Position numbers and translations under genes: made by a program. A stretch of 33,488 bases of DNA from a virus. The notes under the pieces are model-generated. The model saw nothing but the letters and a program-made list of their open reading frames with translations. It did no database searches and was not told the DNA's origin. Numbering within the stretch: position 1 is the stretch's first letter; the number at the start of each line of letters is the position of its first letter. Location of the stretch: positions 1-33,488 of IMG/VR virus record IMGVR_UViG_3300017971_000173; one strand, 5' to 3'. Shown here piece by piece: positions 15,523 through 24,391 of this stretch.

Positions 15523-17637
15523 CTATAATTCCTGCTGAAACGCTTGCTCATCAGGTTGCAGCATCTCTTCTTGAAACGCTTGCTCCTGAGGAAATTCTTG
15601 TTGTGCTATAGGAGCATTAGCCATCTCCTGGTCTAATATTGCATCCTGCAAAGGAACTTCCTTAACTGTATCTTCACGCTCAGCCTGTATAATTTGCATC
15701 AAATCAACTAGCTCATCAATCTTATTTGGATCTGACTGCTCAAGATCTTTTAAAACCTTTATAGCTTCTAGATTTGTTTCTTGCTCCTTGCGGGCTGTAT
15801 CCATCGCATCATTAATCATATTGAACTTATCTTGCTCAACCTCACTCTCACGAGTTTTAGCTAATGCTTGATCAGCCTGAGCTTTAGAGTTCATCATATT
15901 CATGGTAGCTTGCTGCTCTGCCATTGCTGCCTGAGCTTGTTGTTGCTGCATTTGTGAAACTTCTTGTTTTTGTTGATCTATGGCCTTGATAAGCTCATCT
16001 TTATTTTGTATATTAGCCGCATTTATCATCGCAGAATCAGGAATCTCAATACCAAGTTCTTTAAGAACTACAAGCTCGGTAAATGCTTGTTGTCTTTGTG
16101 TAGATGTGTCAAACCCTTCTTCAATTGCAATATCATACTTTGCAAACTTCTTACTATAAAATTCTTGCGTAGGATCTTCTCCCAAAATCCTTCTAACTTT
16201 TCCAGGTGTATAATTATTTTGAATTGTCTTAACAATTATTTCGCCTAGAAGTTTTTGAGAATGGTCCAATTGATCAAATAAAGTTTGTTGCTGAATCAAC
16301 GCCCATCCATGGCGCTGGCGTGCAAGTGCTGCTGACTTAAAGTCATCTGCAACACCTAAAAGTTCCTCAGAAGCACCAGAGATTTCTTGGAACTCTCTAC
16401 CAAGCGCCTCTGTTAATTGAGGCCACGAAGCTGGAATTTCATTTTGTGGTATAGGAGCAAAATCACCCATATCGGCATTCCTCTTGAGTCGTATCATGCG
16501 CCCCTGACCAGTCTTCATCGGAGCATCTGGATCTACAAGTGATGATTCTTTATAAACATATCCATTAGTAGCAACAGATTCGGCATAATCAAGCTCTATT
16601 ATTTTCCTACGATTGTATAGATACTGAGTATCTCTTAAACCCCTTACAATGCCCTGTATTCGTAGTGGAAAATTATGAACGTCTGGGTCAAAGTATCCAA
16701 ATACCGGAACGAATGGATAAGTATCTATACCCAACGGATTAACATCATCGTACATTACAGATCCATTTACTAATAAAGCCAGCTTAACTGTAGGAACCTT
16801 AGTATCTATCACCTTGACTTGTGGATACATAGCAATAAATTCGCGCAATGCTTCATTACTACCTGTCCACTCCAATGTCTCCCCTAAATTAACATCGACA
16901 AGCAGCTTTTGCTTTCTGTAATCTCTATAATAAAACTCATCATATGCCAATAAATTCTTATTTAGAAGCTCGTTTTCAGGAAGATAGGGGAATTTCCCAT
17001 CATTGTAATAAGACGTCATCGGTTCTATTAATTCTTTCTTATCCGGGATAAGCGACATGACAGCATCTTTACACAAAAATGATCGTTTCCACATTGCATT
17101 ACAATCAGAAAGATCTTTTTTTCTAAAGTATGGGTCAATAACAAAACTATTATAGCTACAATTATCTACTTTAATATCTCCTGATACCGGATCATTTCTA
17201 TAGTCAACCCACACTTGCATTAAATTCATGCCTGTAACTATAGCCCCATTATAGGATTCTGATAAGACATCAAGTATATTTGCATTCTTAGAGGCTGCAA
17301 ATAAAAGCTTCGTAAGTTGATCTGCCGTCTGCTGATCAGAATTTTCAACTGGAGTTGCCTTCATAGTTTTACGTGTTCTTCGCTGATAACCGGAAAGGAG
17401 ATTTGTTATTCGCCTAATATGATTAAAGCTGAAATTCTTTCTAGTTCTTATGGGAACATTATAAAGCTCACTCCATAAAGTCTGATCGCCTGCATTAAAG
17501 CGCGCATCAATACTTGCCTCATGCCAATACGTCTGATTTACCATCATAGCATCATTATAGAATGTTTCGACCATCTCTCTTACGGCAGCATCTCCACTGT
17601 TGATTGTTATAATGTTTCCCTGAGGAAATAAAGCCAT
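15523..17637 (-). CDS. Portal protein.
   Basis: 704 aa, located in the packaging/head module near TerL. The N-terminal region (YNDAMMVNQTYWHEASIDARFNAGDQTLW...IRRITNLLSGYQRRTRK) is portal-like. The long Q/E-rich helical C-terminus is reminiscent of the P22-type portal barrel. SD TAGGAGTAGTTTAATG. Confidence 0.85.
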   Translation of the reverse strand: MALFPQGNIITINSGDAAVREMVETFYNDAMMVNQTYWHEASIDARFNAGDQTLWSELYNVPIRTRKNFSFNHIRRITNLLSGYQRRTRKTMKATPVENSDQQTADQLTKLLFAASKNANILDVLSESYNGAIVTGMNLMQVWVDYRNDPVSGDIKVDNCSYNSFVIDPYFRKKDLSDCNAMWKRSFLCKDAVMSLIPDKKELIEPMTSYYNDGKFPYLPENELLNKNLLAYDEFYYRDYRKQKLLVDVNLGETLEWTGSNEALREFIAMYPQVKVIDTKVPTVKLALLVNGSVMYDDVNPLGIDTYPFVPVFGYFDPDVHNFPLRIQGIVRGLRDTQYLYNRRKIIELDYAESVATNGYVYKESSLVDPDAPMKTGQGRMIRLKRNADMGDFAPIPQNEIPASWPQLTEALGREFQEISGASEELLGVADDFKSAALARQRHGWALIQQQTLFDQLDHSQKLLGEIIVKTIQNNYTPGKVRRILGEDPTQEFYSKKFAKYDIAIEEGFDTSTQRQQAFTELVVLKELGIEIPDSAMINAANIQNKDELIKAIDQQKQEVSQMQQQQAQAAMAEQQATMNMMNSKAQADQALAKTRESEVEQDKFNMINDAMDTARKEQETNLEAIKVLKDLEQSDPNKIDELVDLMQIIQAEREDTVKEVPLQDAILDQEMANAPIAQQEFPQEQAFQEEMLQPDEQAFQQEL

Positions 17638-17663
17638 TAAACTACTCCTATCTAATTAATTTC

Positions 17664-17678
17664 TATACTTTCAGTATA
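17664..17678. promoter_or_regulatory. 15-bp palindrome TATACTTTCAGTATA about 30 nt upstream of the portal start (operator-like).
   Basis: Perfect 6-bp arms with a 3-bp centre. Confidence 0.35.
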
Positions 17679-17729
17679 AGACCAAAACAAATAAAAATTT
17701 AAGTATTATGGAAACTTAATATTCAACAA

Positions 17730-17759
17730 GATGCGGGCCTCCAAAAAGAGACCCGCATC
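17730..17759 (-). terminator. Hairpin terminator candidate between the nuclease and portal genes.
   Basis: GATGCGGG...CCCGCATC, extendable to 12 bp with one mismatch. Followed on the minus strand by TTGTTG. Confidence 0.5.
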
Positions 17760-17893
17760 GCAATAAAAAGAAGAAAACGTCGATACTAACTACAGATTTA
17801 CTGTATTTTTTAAGATAGCCCCACCAATATAAGGCAACATATAACTAATACATAAGGGTTAATATGAAAAAACAATGGTGAGGCTATCACATA

Positions 17894-18418
17894 CTAAGCT
17901 ACTTTATATTTTTTTACCACAGGAAGGCTCCAACTGTGTAAGTTAGCCAAGTCATCCACCTTCCAAAACACCAAGTTTTTTTCTTGAACACAGCTATGTA
18001 AATTCTTGAATAAAAAATCTATATCCTGGCAAAACTTTCCACTCGGTGATATTCTTCCATCCCTAAGGCCTCCGTCAACAACCCAAACTATACATAGTTT
18101 GATCTGAGATTTGTTGTTCATCTCAACGTATTTAACAAAATCAGTATAACTCAAAGGAACAGTCCAAACTCCCTCATAATATCCACAAGTCTCCATGTGC
18201 TTAACTTCTACAATACGAGCATTCTTCTTATTATATACCAAAAGATCCGGAGCCGAATAACTTAACTCATGCACATCTTCGAACTCTACACCTTTACCAC
18301 TAGGATCGTCATTGTGTTTTTTTATTCTCCACGAAGTATATCCTTTAAGGTCGAATATCCTAGCCACGTCGCGCTCTGCGGCATGCCCATAAGGCAAATT
18401 CTCTTTATATCTTTTCAT
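17894..18418 (-). CDS. PD-(D/E)xK nuclease (Hjc / RecB-like fold).
   Basis: The likely start is ATG 18418 (GGGAGTAAAA upstream); the track ORF extends to 18511 over the TerL 3' end. Motifs: GHAAERDVARIFDLKGY (helix with Glu), APDLLVY (Asp) and ARIVEVKH (E-x-K), in the order and spacing typical of Hjc-like resolvases and restriction-fold nucleases. Confidence 0.6.
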   Translation of the reverse strand: MKRYKENLPYGHAAERDVARIFDLKGYTSWRIKKHNDDPSGKGVEFEDVHELSYSAPDLLVYNKKNARIVEVKHMETCGYYEGVWTVPLSYTDFVKYVEMNNKSQIKLCIVWVVDGGLRDGRISPSGKFCQDIDFLFKNLHSCVQEKNLVFWKVDDLANLHSWSLPVVKKYKVA

Positions 18419-18461
18419 TTTTACTCCCACACCAACAGGGAGCACTAGGAAAAGGAGAAAC

Positions 18462-19838
18462 CTAGTACTCCCTATCGCTAAATACAGGAGGAAGATTCGA
18501 TTCCCCCCCATATATTAATTCTTTATATTTCTTGTCAAATTCTTCAGGAGAGCGCTCATCAGTATCTATTCTATCTATAGATAGACACATATACCTAAAT
18601 GCATCGACATGATCGTTCGTCCAATCTTTTTTTTCATCGTTCACAAATCTTTTAGTCATAGGATCCCAATACCGAGAATAATTCTCCAACGCATCCAACA
18701 GTAACGAACAGCTCTTCTCATCAATAAATATTCGCTTGAATTTCACACGCACTGCCTCTATACCATCATGAAATCCCGCTCGTCCAAGCATAGTTGGCTC
18801 AATTCCAAGATCGCTCAATACATCAAGCCTGCTCTTGCAATCTTTAACATCTCGGTTAGCCGCATCATGAGGTACAAAATGTTGTCCATATTGATAACCA
18901 TACTCAGAAGAATATGAGCGCAACACACTCACATAATGTGACAATCCCTCATTGTTTCTATGGTAATGATTAATTACACATATCTTTCTACCAATGACTT
19001 GATAAAAAATTACAACACTTGCCGCCCGAACACCAAGATCCCATGCAGTGTGTACCAGGTGATTGCTATCATGAGGAACATAACCAACCCTATTTTCCGC
19101 ATAGGCTGAATGAACATATTTTGCATACCATGACCCCGTATTTGAAACCTCAAAGCTGCAATAATATTCCTGTAAGAATAGTTCCTCAGACATTCGAGCT
19201 TTCTCTTTAGCCAGCTGTTCCGGTGTCATATGCTTAGTCTCATCAACCGTCAACATCTTGACATACCAATCAGGATCTTCACCTGACATTCCATACTTGT
19301 AAACCTCATGAAATGCATTGTGACCATTCGGAGTTGATATAAAAGTCACCCAACCATGATTAGCGGCCAAGATAGGTGCGATAACTCCGTTATATGCTTC
19401 AGGGTGATTGACGCGACTATACTCAGAAAAAACCACCCCAACAGGATTGGTACCACGTAACGAGTCTGCGTTATCTGCTCCATTGAATTGTATAATACTG
19501 CCATTAACAAGAACAATCTTCATCTCTACGTTGTTTTTTTTGGCGATTAGACGCTTAGGTATAAAATCCAAAAATTTTTCGCCAGTAATCAAAATTGAGT
19601 CCCATATGGCACGACGACACTGATCGTACTTTGGATAGAGATAATAGTATACTCCGACACGCTTAAAAGCTTGCCTCAACATAAGGTTTAGAGAGGCCAC
19701 ATCCTTACCTGCACGACGTGGCCACACAATGACAAACTTCTTCTTGCCCTCATGTTCTAGAGCATTGATAAGATCCCTCTGATACCAACGAGGCTCAAAA
19801 GCAGTAACTTTTATAATTTCTTCTTTTGTTTCTTCCAT
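18462..19838 (-). CDS. terL: Terminase large subunit.
   Basis: 458 aa. Walker A-like VWPRRAGKDVAS, Walker B-like GVVFSEY, and a C-terminal RNaseH-like nuclease region (AWDLG...DHVDAFRY). SD AAGGAGACTATG. Confidence 0.9.
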   Translation of the reverse strand: MEETKEEIIKVTAFEPRWYQRDLINALEHEGKKKFVIVWPRRAGKDVASLNLMLRQAFKRVGVYYYLYPKYDQCRRAIWDSILITGEKFLDFIPKRLIAKKNNVEMKIVLVNGSIIQFNGADNADSLRGTNPVGVVFSEYSRVNHPEAYNGVIAPILAANHGWVTFISTPNGHNAFHEVYKYGMSGEDPDWYVKMLTVDETKHMTPEQLAKEKARMSEELFLQEYYCSFEVSNTGSWYAKYVHSAYAENRVGYVPHDSNHLVHTAWDLGVRAASVVIFYQVIGRKICVINHYHRNNEGLSHYVSVLRSYSSEYGYQYGQHFVPHDAANRDVKDCKSRLDVLSDLGIEPTMLGRAGFHDGIEAVRVKFKRIFIDEKSCSLLLDALENYSRYWDPMTKRFVNDEKKDWTNDHVDAFRYMCLSIDRIDTDERSPEEFDKKYKELIYGGESNLPPVFSDREY

Positions 19839-19958
19839 AGTCTCCTTAACCGAAGAGATTCCTTTATGTCTTTATCTGAAAACTCATCGTCTTTAGCTAA
19901 ATCTAAAGCATCTTCAAGCATCGAAGAGTCTAAGCGTGACTTAGGATATTCAATACGT

Positions 19959-20231
19959 CTAAACCTTATTTTTGCCACTCTTGCTCCCCTCATCTTTAGA
20001 CTTATGTCTGCTACGATTAGACTTCGACTTAGCAATAGCTTTCTCAATCTTCCCATCTATACTTAGACGATAGGACGCAACCTCGTGCTTGATCGCTGCT
20101 ACATGAGACATAAGCTCCCTATCAAGTGCCGCCTGATCTTCTTGCGTAGTCTTGTATAACTTATAGGTAACAACAAGATCGAGTACGATCATCAATATTA
20201 ATAATAAAAATAAAGTAGACACAGCCATCAT
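19959..20231 (-). CDS. N-terminally membrane-anchored coiled-coil protein with a basic tail (lysis-accessory, spanin- or antiholin-like candidate).
   Basis: 90 aa. TM segment VSTLFLLLILMIVLDLVVTY. SD AAAGGAGCCATGATG. Confidence 0.55.
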   Translation of the reverse strand: MMAVSTLFLLLILMIVLDLVVTYKLYKTTQEDQAALDRELMSHVAAIKHEVASYRLSIDGKIEKAIAKSKSNRSRHKSKDEGSKSGKNKV

Positions 20232-20242
20232 GGCTCCTTTCG

Positions 20243-20431
20243 TTAAGAATTTAAGAATGAATTAATCAGGTCATACCAGAAGACTGCTGACATCACAATC
20301 ACCGGTATACCAAAAAATATAAAACTCAATGTAAACATACTTAAATTAAAGAACTCTACCCCTATGAGGATGGCTATAAATACTATCATCAAGATAATAG
20401 ATAGAGTGAAAATTTTATCATCCCTTCTCAT
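20243..20431 (-). CDS. Small protein with two TM segments (holin candidate).
   Basis: 62 aa. Hydrophobic segments IFTLSIILMIVFIAILIGV and LSFIFFGIPVIVMSAVFWY. SD GGAG overlaps the upstream TAG (GGAGTAGCAATG). Confidence 0.5.
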   Translation of the reverse strand: MRRDDKIFTLSIILMIVFIAILIGVEFFNLSMFTLSFIFFGIPVIVMSAVFWYDLINSFLNS

Positions 20432-20433
20432 TG

Positions 20434-20823
20434 CTACTCCTTTATTATTTTCTTACCAATCAACGCCTCACTATCTTCCGAGCATTTCGAACCATCCAAC
20501 GTCATACAATTATTAATGATCTCTGCAATCCACTCACAAGCCTGCTGAAAGTCTGCCTGACAACCCTCGCACAATTGCACCTCTGGCGCCAGCACAACTT
20601 TGGCCCCCACGAAAGTTCCCGGCACAACCATATCGCCATTCTCGACGTCCCAGCCATCTCGGCCAAGTATACTTGGAGAGCTATCAATTGAATCGCTGTC
20701 AGGCGCTTCAGTATACCGTACGGCTAAAATCTGGGGCTTGCCTTGTGACCCCGCACACTCACAACGGGATCCATGTTCTAAATTCTTAAAGCAGAATGTA
20801 CAGACAGTGTAGGCTCTAAGCAT
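20434..20823 (-). CDS. Cys-rich hypothetical protein in a locally GC-rich segment.
   Basis: 129 aa. Cys motifs are C8-x2-C11...C21-x-C23 and C-x2-C-x7-C near the C-terminus. Three long shadow ORFs on both strands (20431..20691, 20502..20687, 20600..20812) reflect stop-codon-poor, GC-rich composition. Confidence 0.6.
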   Translation of the reverse strand: MLRAYTVCTFCFKNLEHGSRCECAGSQGKPQILAVRYTEAPDSDSIDSSPSILGRDGWDVENGDMVVPGTFVGAKVVLAPEVQLCEGCQADFQQACEWIAEIINNCMTLDGSKCSEDSEALIGKKIIKE

Positions 20824-21029
20824 TACTTCTCCTCAAACGTTAGCCTAATGCCTACCTCTTCATATAAGCGATCACAGAGCTCATTTATACTTCGAGTAAG
20901 ATTATCTTCCGTTAAAAATACTGCTTTAACCCCTCCATCAAGAAACATCATAAGATGGCTCTGAAGTTCGTGTTTATACCCCTCCTTGATATCATTTTTC
21001 TGAATGTCTCGCAATTCTTTAAGTGTCAT
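20823..21029 (-). CDS. Hypothetical early protein (68 aa).
   Basis: ORF whose stop overlaps the next start (TAATG). Confidence 0.55.
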   Translation of the reverse strand: MTLKELRDIQKNDIKEGYKHELQSHLMMFLDGGVKAVFLTEDNLTRSINELCDRLYEEVGIRLTFEEK

Positions 21030-21053
21030 TTGTCCCCTCTCTTTGTTTTTTCA

Positions 21054-21425
21054 TCATCTGGTCGCTTCACTTGACAGATCACGCCCCATACGCCTGTCTT
21101 TCTCTTCCTCCGCGATTAGTAAGTCATATCCTGCGCACTTGCCATCTATACTTGGATCGTTCTGGACTTCTTCGCTCACAATTGATTTTTTATCGTGTGG
21201 GCAAACCTTACTAAGGTCCACCGGAGTAAATGTAAGCCCCTCGATCTCATACTCCTGGCCATTCTCATCTTCACAATAAACACTGACCATAAACTTAGTC
21301 TCTAGGTCTTTTAATATCGCGGCAGTTAATTCTTCATGGGTAAGAAGTTTGTTTATTGTGAGCCGAGAACATTTCGTTACGCCGCACTTCTCACACATTG
21401 CATCTATGCTGTACTTATATTTCAT
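21054..21425 (-). CDS. Hypothetical early protein with an N-terminal CxxC...C motif (123 aa).
   Basis: ORF containing MCEKCGVTKC near the N-terminus. SD AAAGAGGAAGAAATG. Confidence 0.6.
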   Translation of the reverse strand: MKYKYSIDAMCEKCGVTKCSRLTINKLLTHEELTAAILKDLETKFMVSVYCEDENGQEYEIEGLTFTPVDLSKVCPHDKKSIVSEEVQNDPSIDGKCAGYDLLIAEEEKDRRMGRDLSSEATR

Positions 21426-21441
21426 TTCTTCCTCTTTAATG

Positions 21442-21645
21442 TTATTTCTTCTCCTTGGTTATCCATGTATCAGGATCAAACCCATCAGGATCCTTAGCAG
21501 CGCATAAAGCAATAGTATAGATGGTACGTTGATCTATCACTGGCTTGAGTATATTATCATGGTCTTTAAGATGCCTCATGATCTCATCGAACGTACAAAT
21601 TTCAGCTATCTCTTGTGCTTTCTTGCACATGTCTTTAGTTATCAT
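21442..21645 (-). CDS. Hypothetical early protein (67 aa).
   Basis: ATGA start/stop overlap with the upstream gene at 21642-21645. Confidence 0.55.
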   Translation of the reverse strand: MITKDMCKKAQEIAEICTFDEIMRHLKDHDNILKPVIDQRTIYTIALCAAKDPDGFDPDTWITKEKK

Positions 21646-22127
21646 TTCTTCTCCCTATAGTCATCAAATACGATCTTAATCGGCTGCGTCTTGCGCTCAT
21701 CTTCAAGGTTCTTAAGAGCTGCTTTATCTTTATTAGCTTTATCCCACTCTCTACTATACATGTGCAGAGTATGCGCGAGGGTCTTTGGATCACAGCTAGC
21801 CATCTTCTCTTCACGACGGAGGCCAATAAGGTCGACACAAAAGTCATGGCGTGCTTTAAGGTATGGGTACCTCCCAAGCCAATCGTGATATGTATCATAT
21901 ATTACTCCCTTATATATCCTGAAGGCCTTGATGTGCATTATAGTCGGATCGTTGTTAATAAACTCAACCATCTCATTAGCGAAGTGCTCTATAATGCTAT
22001 CTGTTACGTGCTCTCCAGACAGAAAGAACTCCTGTGCCTCTGAATAGAATCTCTTGGAGGCTACTTCAGGTTTCTTCTTCTTTACACTATTCTTTCTAGG
22101 TTTAGTGGCCTTATTTTTTGGCCTCAT
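21642..22127 (-). CDS. DNA-binding protein, possible small terminase subunit.
   Basis: Likely start ATG 22127 (GGGAGGAACCA upstream). Basic N-terminus (KNKATKPRKNSVKKKKPE). The segment IKAFRIYKGVIYDTYHDWLGRYPYLKARHDFCVDLIGLRREEKM resembles the HTH-plus-helical pattern of some TerS families. This is a weak, by-eye call. Confidence 0.3.
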   Translation of the reverse strand: MRPKNKATKPRKNSVKKKKPEVASKRFYSEAQEFFLSGEHVTDSIIEHFANEMVEFINNDPTIMHIKAFRIYKGVIYDTYHDWLGRYPYLKARHDFCVDLIGLRREEKMASCDPKTLAHTLHMYSREWDKANKDKAALKNLEDERKTQPIKIVFDDYREKK

Positions 22128-22509
22128 TGGTTCCTCCCTTAACATTCTTTATGGGTCTAATAACTATCTCTGTATGAGGATCATCGCTATATTCTTTATG
22201 AAGTTTAACATCATATAGAAGATGTTCCTTCTTGTATACTGTACCCTCAGCAACAAAATTAATGAATTCAAACAACTTGACTATTGATACTTTGTGTTGT
22301 CTATATTTAGCATTGTGTGGAAGAAAGAATTTAAATACTGCTGTAATTGGATGGTTTATAATCTCTTGATCGTCTATCTGGCTTTCAAGTGTGATACGAT
22401 ATTTTAATTTATTCTCCATGTATGTATCTAATGGTTGCCGCCCTTCTTCCTCTGTCTTAAATACGCGCACCGGTGCCCCTGGTATTCTAAACACGTATTG
22501 TCTCTTCAT
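22111..22509 (-). CDS. Hypothetical early protein (132 aa).
   Basis: ORF with SD AAGGAGATAAATG. Its size and strand pattern faintly recall RusA, but the catalytic Asp motifs are not evident. Confidence 0.55.
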   Translation of the reverse strand: MKRQYVFRIPGAPVRVFKTEEEGRQPLDTYMENKLKYRITLESQIDDQEIINHPITAVFKFFLPHNAKYRQHKVSIVKLFEFINFVAEGTVYKKEHLLYDVKLHKEYSDDPHTEIVIRPIKNVKGGTNEAKK

Positions 22510-22540
22510 TTATCTCCTTACATGTTTGGCTATGTATCCC

Positions 22541-22873
22541 CTAATCAACCTGGTCATCACGCTCATCCTTCACATTATCGTTGAATAGCATATTATATTT
22601 TTCAAAATAATCTTTGCGCGACACACGCAAATGTTTCCTTTCTCGTTTCTGTATCGTATCAAGTATTCTATCCCGAAGTTGAGTATTTAATGGTAGATTT
22701 TTCATAGATGCATAGGTTTTACACTGTCGATGAAATATATCATAATTGATGAAGTTCTGACTACATGAGTTTATATAAGATATTACTTCAACGGGGAACT
22801 TGGCTAGTTCCGCTATCTGTTGAGGCGAAAGTTTAATCCTTATTTTATCAATCTCGCTAAATACACTACCCAC
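22541..22873 (-). CDS. Hypothetical early protein (110 aa), GTG start.
   Basis: GTG 22873 preceded by AAGGAAGCAAA. Confidence 0.5.
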   Translation of the reverse strand: MGSVFSEIDKIRIKLSPQQIAELAKFPVEVISYINSCSQNFINYDIFHRQCKTYASMKNLPLNTQLRDRILDTIQKRERKHLRVSRKDYFEKYNMLFNDNVKDERDDQVD

Positions 22874-22887
22874 TTTGCTTCCTTATA

Positions 22888-23679
22888 TTATTCCATCTTT
22901 AATTGTTCCTTAAATTTTTCCTTCAAGAGATATCGTTCACACATTGTGACTCGTTCTTTTAGGGTGCGTCCTGATTTGAGTAACATGTCAAATTTATCTT
23001 GTGGTATGCGTTCTGCCATATCAGAGAGTTTTGATAAACAATCTTCTTCCATGGGTTTTAACATATTATTGTCAGGCTCTCTGGTTGCTTTAGCTTCACT
23101 TAAAACCTCCTCTAGCTCACAAGGTTTGTGTTTTAATCTTGAATCCATAACTTCACCTATAGATCTAAATCCACCTGGACGTGTTGGTTCTTCTTTCTTT
23201 GAATTGCCATCCCAAGGTCTGTGATATTCTGCATTAAAGTTTTTTTTGCATTTCATCTTTTTAATTTTCCTCTTGAGGGATGGAAACAAAAGCTGTCCAA
23301 TAGAGAATGAAAGCTTAATAATATTGGGCAACAATTGCTTAAGTAGGTCTTTTATTCTTGGTTGTCTAAATATATCTGCAATAAGATATATACACGTATC
23401 ATAGGTTCTATGTATTTTTGCGATTAAGCCAAGAGAATTGAGTTTAGAGATCACTCTATTGATTTGACGTCTTGTCAAGTTTAACCAGGTCCCTATTTTT
23501 GTCTGGGATACGTACACCTTGGTATATGAAGAAGAAAGTGAGAACAGAATATTAAGAACTGAGAGTTCGGTTTCTGTTAAAGCAGATGCACTCAATAGAG
23601 GATCTCTCACAAAAGAATCATCTAAAGGTAAAATCTTTGTATATTTATGATATAACGAGGATTTTTCTATCATATTCAT
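22888..23679 (-). CDS. Winged-helix DNA-binding protein, replication-initiator-like.
   Basis: 263 aa. The N-terminal LTETELSVLNILFSL...YVSQTKIGTWLNLTRRQINRVISKLNSLGLIAK is a typical wHTH, as in phage O/Rep/DnaD-type initiators. The C-terminal half is charged. Confidence 0.5.
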   Translation of the reverse strand: MNMIEKSSLYHKYTKILPLDDSFVRDPLLSASALTETELSVLNILFSLSSSYTKVYVSQTKIGTWLNLTRRQINRVISKLNSLGLIAKIHRTYDTCIYLIADIFRQPRIKDLLKQLLPNIIKLSFSIGQLLFPSLKRKIKKMKCKKNFNAEYHRPWDGNSKKEEPTRPGGFRSIGEVMDSRLKHKPCELEEVLSEAKATREPDNNMLKPMEEDCLSKLSDMAERIPQDKFDMLLKSGRTLKERVTMCERYLLKEKFKEQLKME

Positions 23680-23764
23680 AATTTATCCCATAGAGCAGAA
23701 GAGGAGCAAATACAAAAGAAGAAAACTCCCCTTCCGCTGGCAATGAAAAACTCAAGTAACAACA

Positions 23765-24361
23765 TTATAGCACCGATTCTACGCCAATGCAAGAAATATT
23801 CTGTTGTTCTTCAAAATTTTTTTGTGATTCTGATTTGATATTGGCAGCCATAGTTTCTTCTGCGCGTTGTATATAAAAATTTATTTGGTGTGTTATATCT
23901 GGTCGATTTATGAAGCATACTGATAAATACTTTAAACCCTTAATATTTAGATTTGGACTCTTTAACGCTTCCTTAAAGGTTTGGAGGGGATCACGCATAC
24001 TCCCATCTGGCTGTAAATATAAAAGTTTGTCTTTAAGTCCTGCGAGATCTTTCTTGTTTCTTTCAAGGTGCTCTTCGATTTTCAACACAAGTCTCATGGA
24101 GAATTTTTCGTTTGCTGATGAGACAAAAGCGTTTATGTCAAAATTATCTGCAAGACTCCAGTCTGGATATTTTTTTTGCAGCTCGCAAAATCTCAGAGCT
24201 ATGGCATACAAGGTATTAACCTTATTACAAGGAATGTATCGTTGTATTTTTTCGAAATCTCTATTTGCTTTAAATAATATTGATTTAGGTATAGTTTTTA
24301 ACAGTTGTCGACCGTTTGGTGTTAACCTGAAAAATCGAAGTTGATCGAATATATCCAACAT
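23765..24361 (-). CDS. Hypothetical protein, first gene of the leftward operon (198 aa).
   Basis: ORF with SD AAAGGAATCATAATG, about 30 nt downstream of the promoter at 24392-24419. Confidence 0.65.
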   Translation of the reverse strand: MLDIFDQLRFFRLTPNGRQLLKTIPKSILFKANRDFEKIQRYIPCNKVNTLYAIALRFCELQKKYPDWSLADNFDINAFVSSANEKFSMRLVLKIEEHLERNKKDLAGLKDKLLYLQPDGSMRDPLQTFKEALKSPNLNIKGLKYLSVCFINRPDITHQINFYIQRAEETMAANIKSESQKNFEEQQNISCIGVESVL

Positions 24362-24391
24362 TATGATTCCTTTCCAAACATGTTTACTTTT

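Noticed and set aside
19811-20056. 81-aa ORF between the membrane-protein gene and terL.
   Set aside because: It overlaps the TM-protein gene at one end and terL at the other. None of its candidate ATGs (20056, 19993, 19921) has an SD. It may hide a short real peptide, but I cannot support it.
21635-21898. 87-aa ORF overlapping 21642..22127 in another frame, and similar overlapping ORFs (1572..1883, 6058..6312, 7526..7768, 7939..8142, 8532..8780, 9385..9762, 9740..9925, 10665..10880, 11182..11424, 13027..13218, 15964..16248, 19019..19210, 19408..19623, 19866..20066, 21004..21279, 21023..21214, 21691..21888, 21762..22043, 22391..22588, 22820..23224, 23910..24344, 25060..25266, 25345..25545, 26135..26326, 26301..26606, 28092..28286, 29362..29586, 31113..31785, 31960..32202, 32336..32622).
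   Set aside because: All lie inside or antisense to longer, better-supported genes. They lack SD motifs and have low-complexity or hydrophobic junk-like translations.
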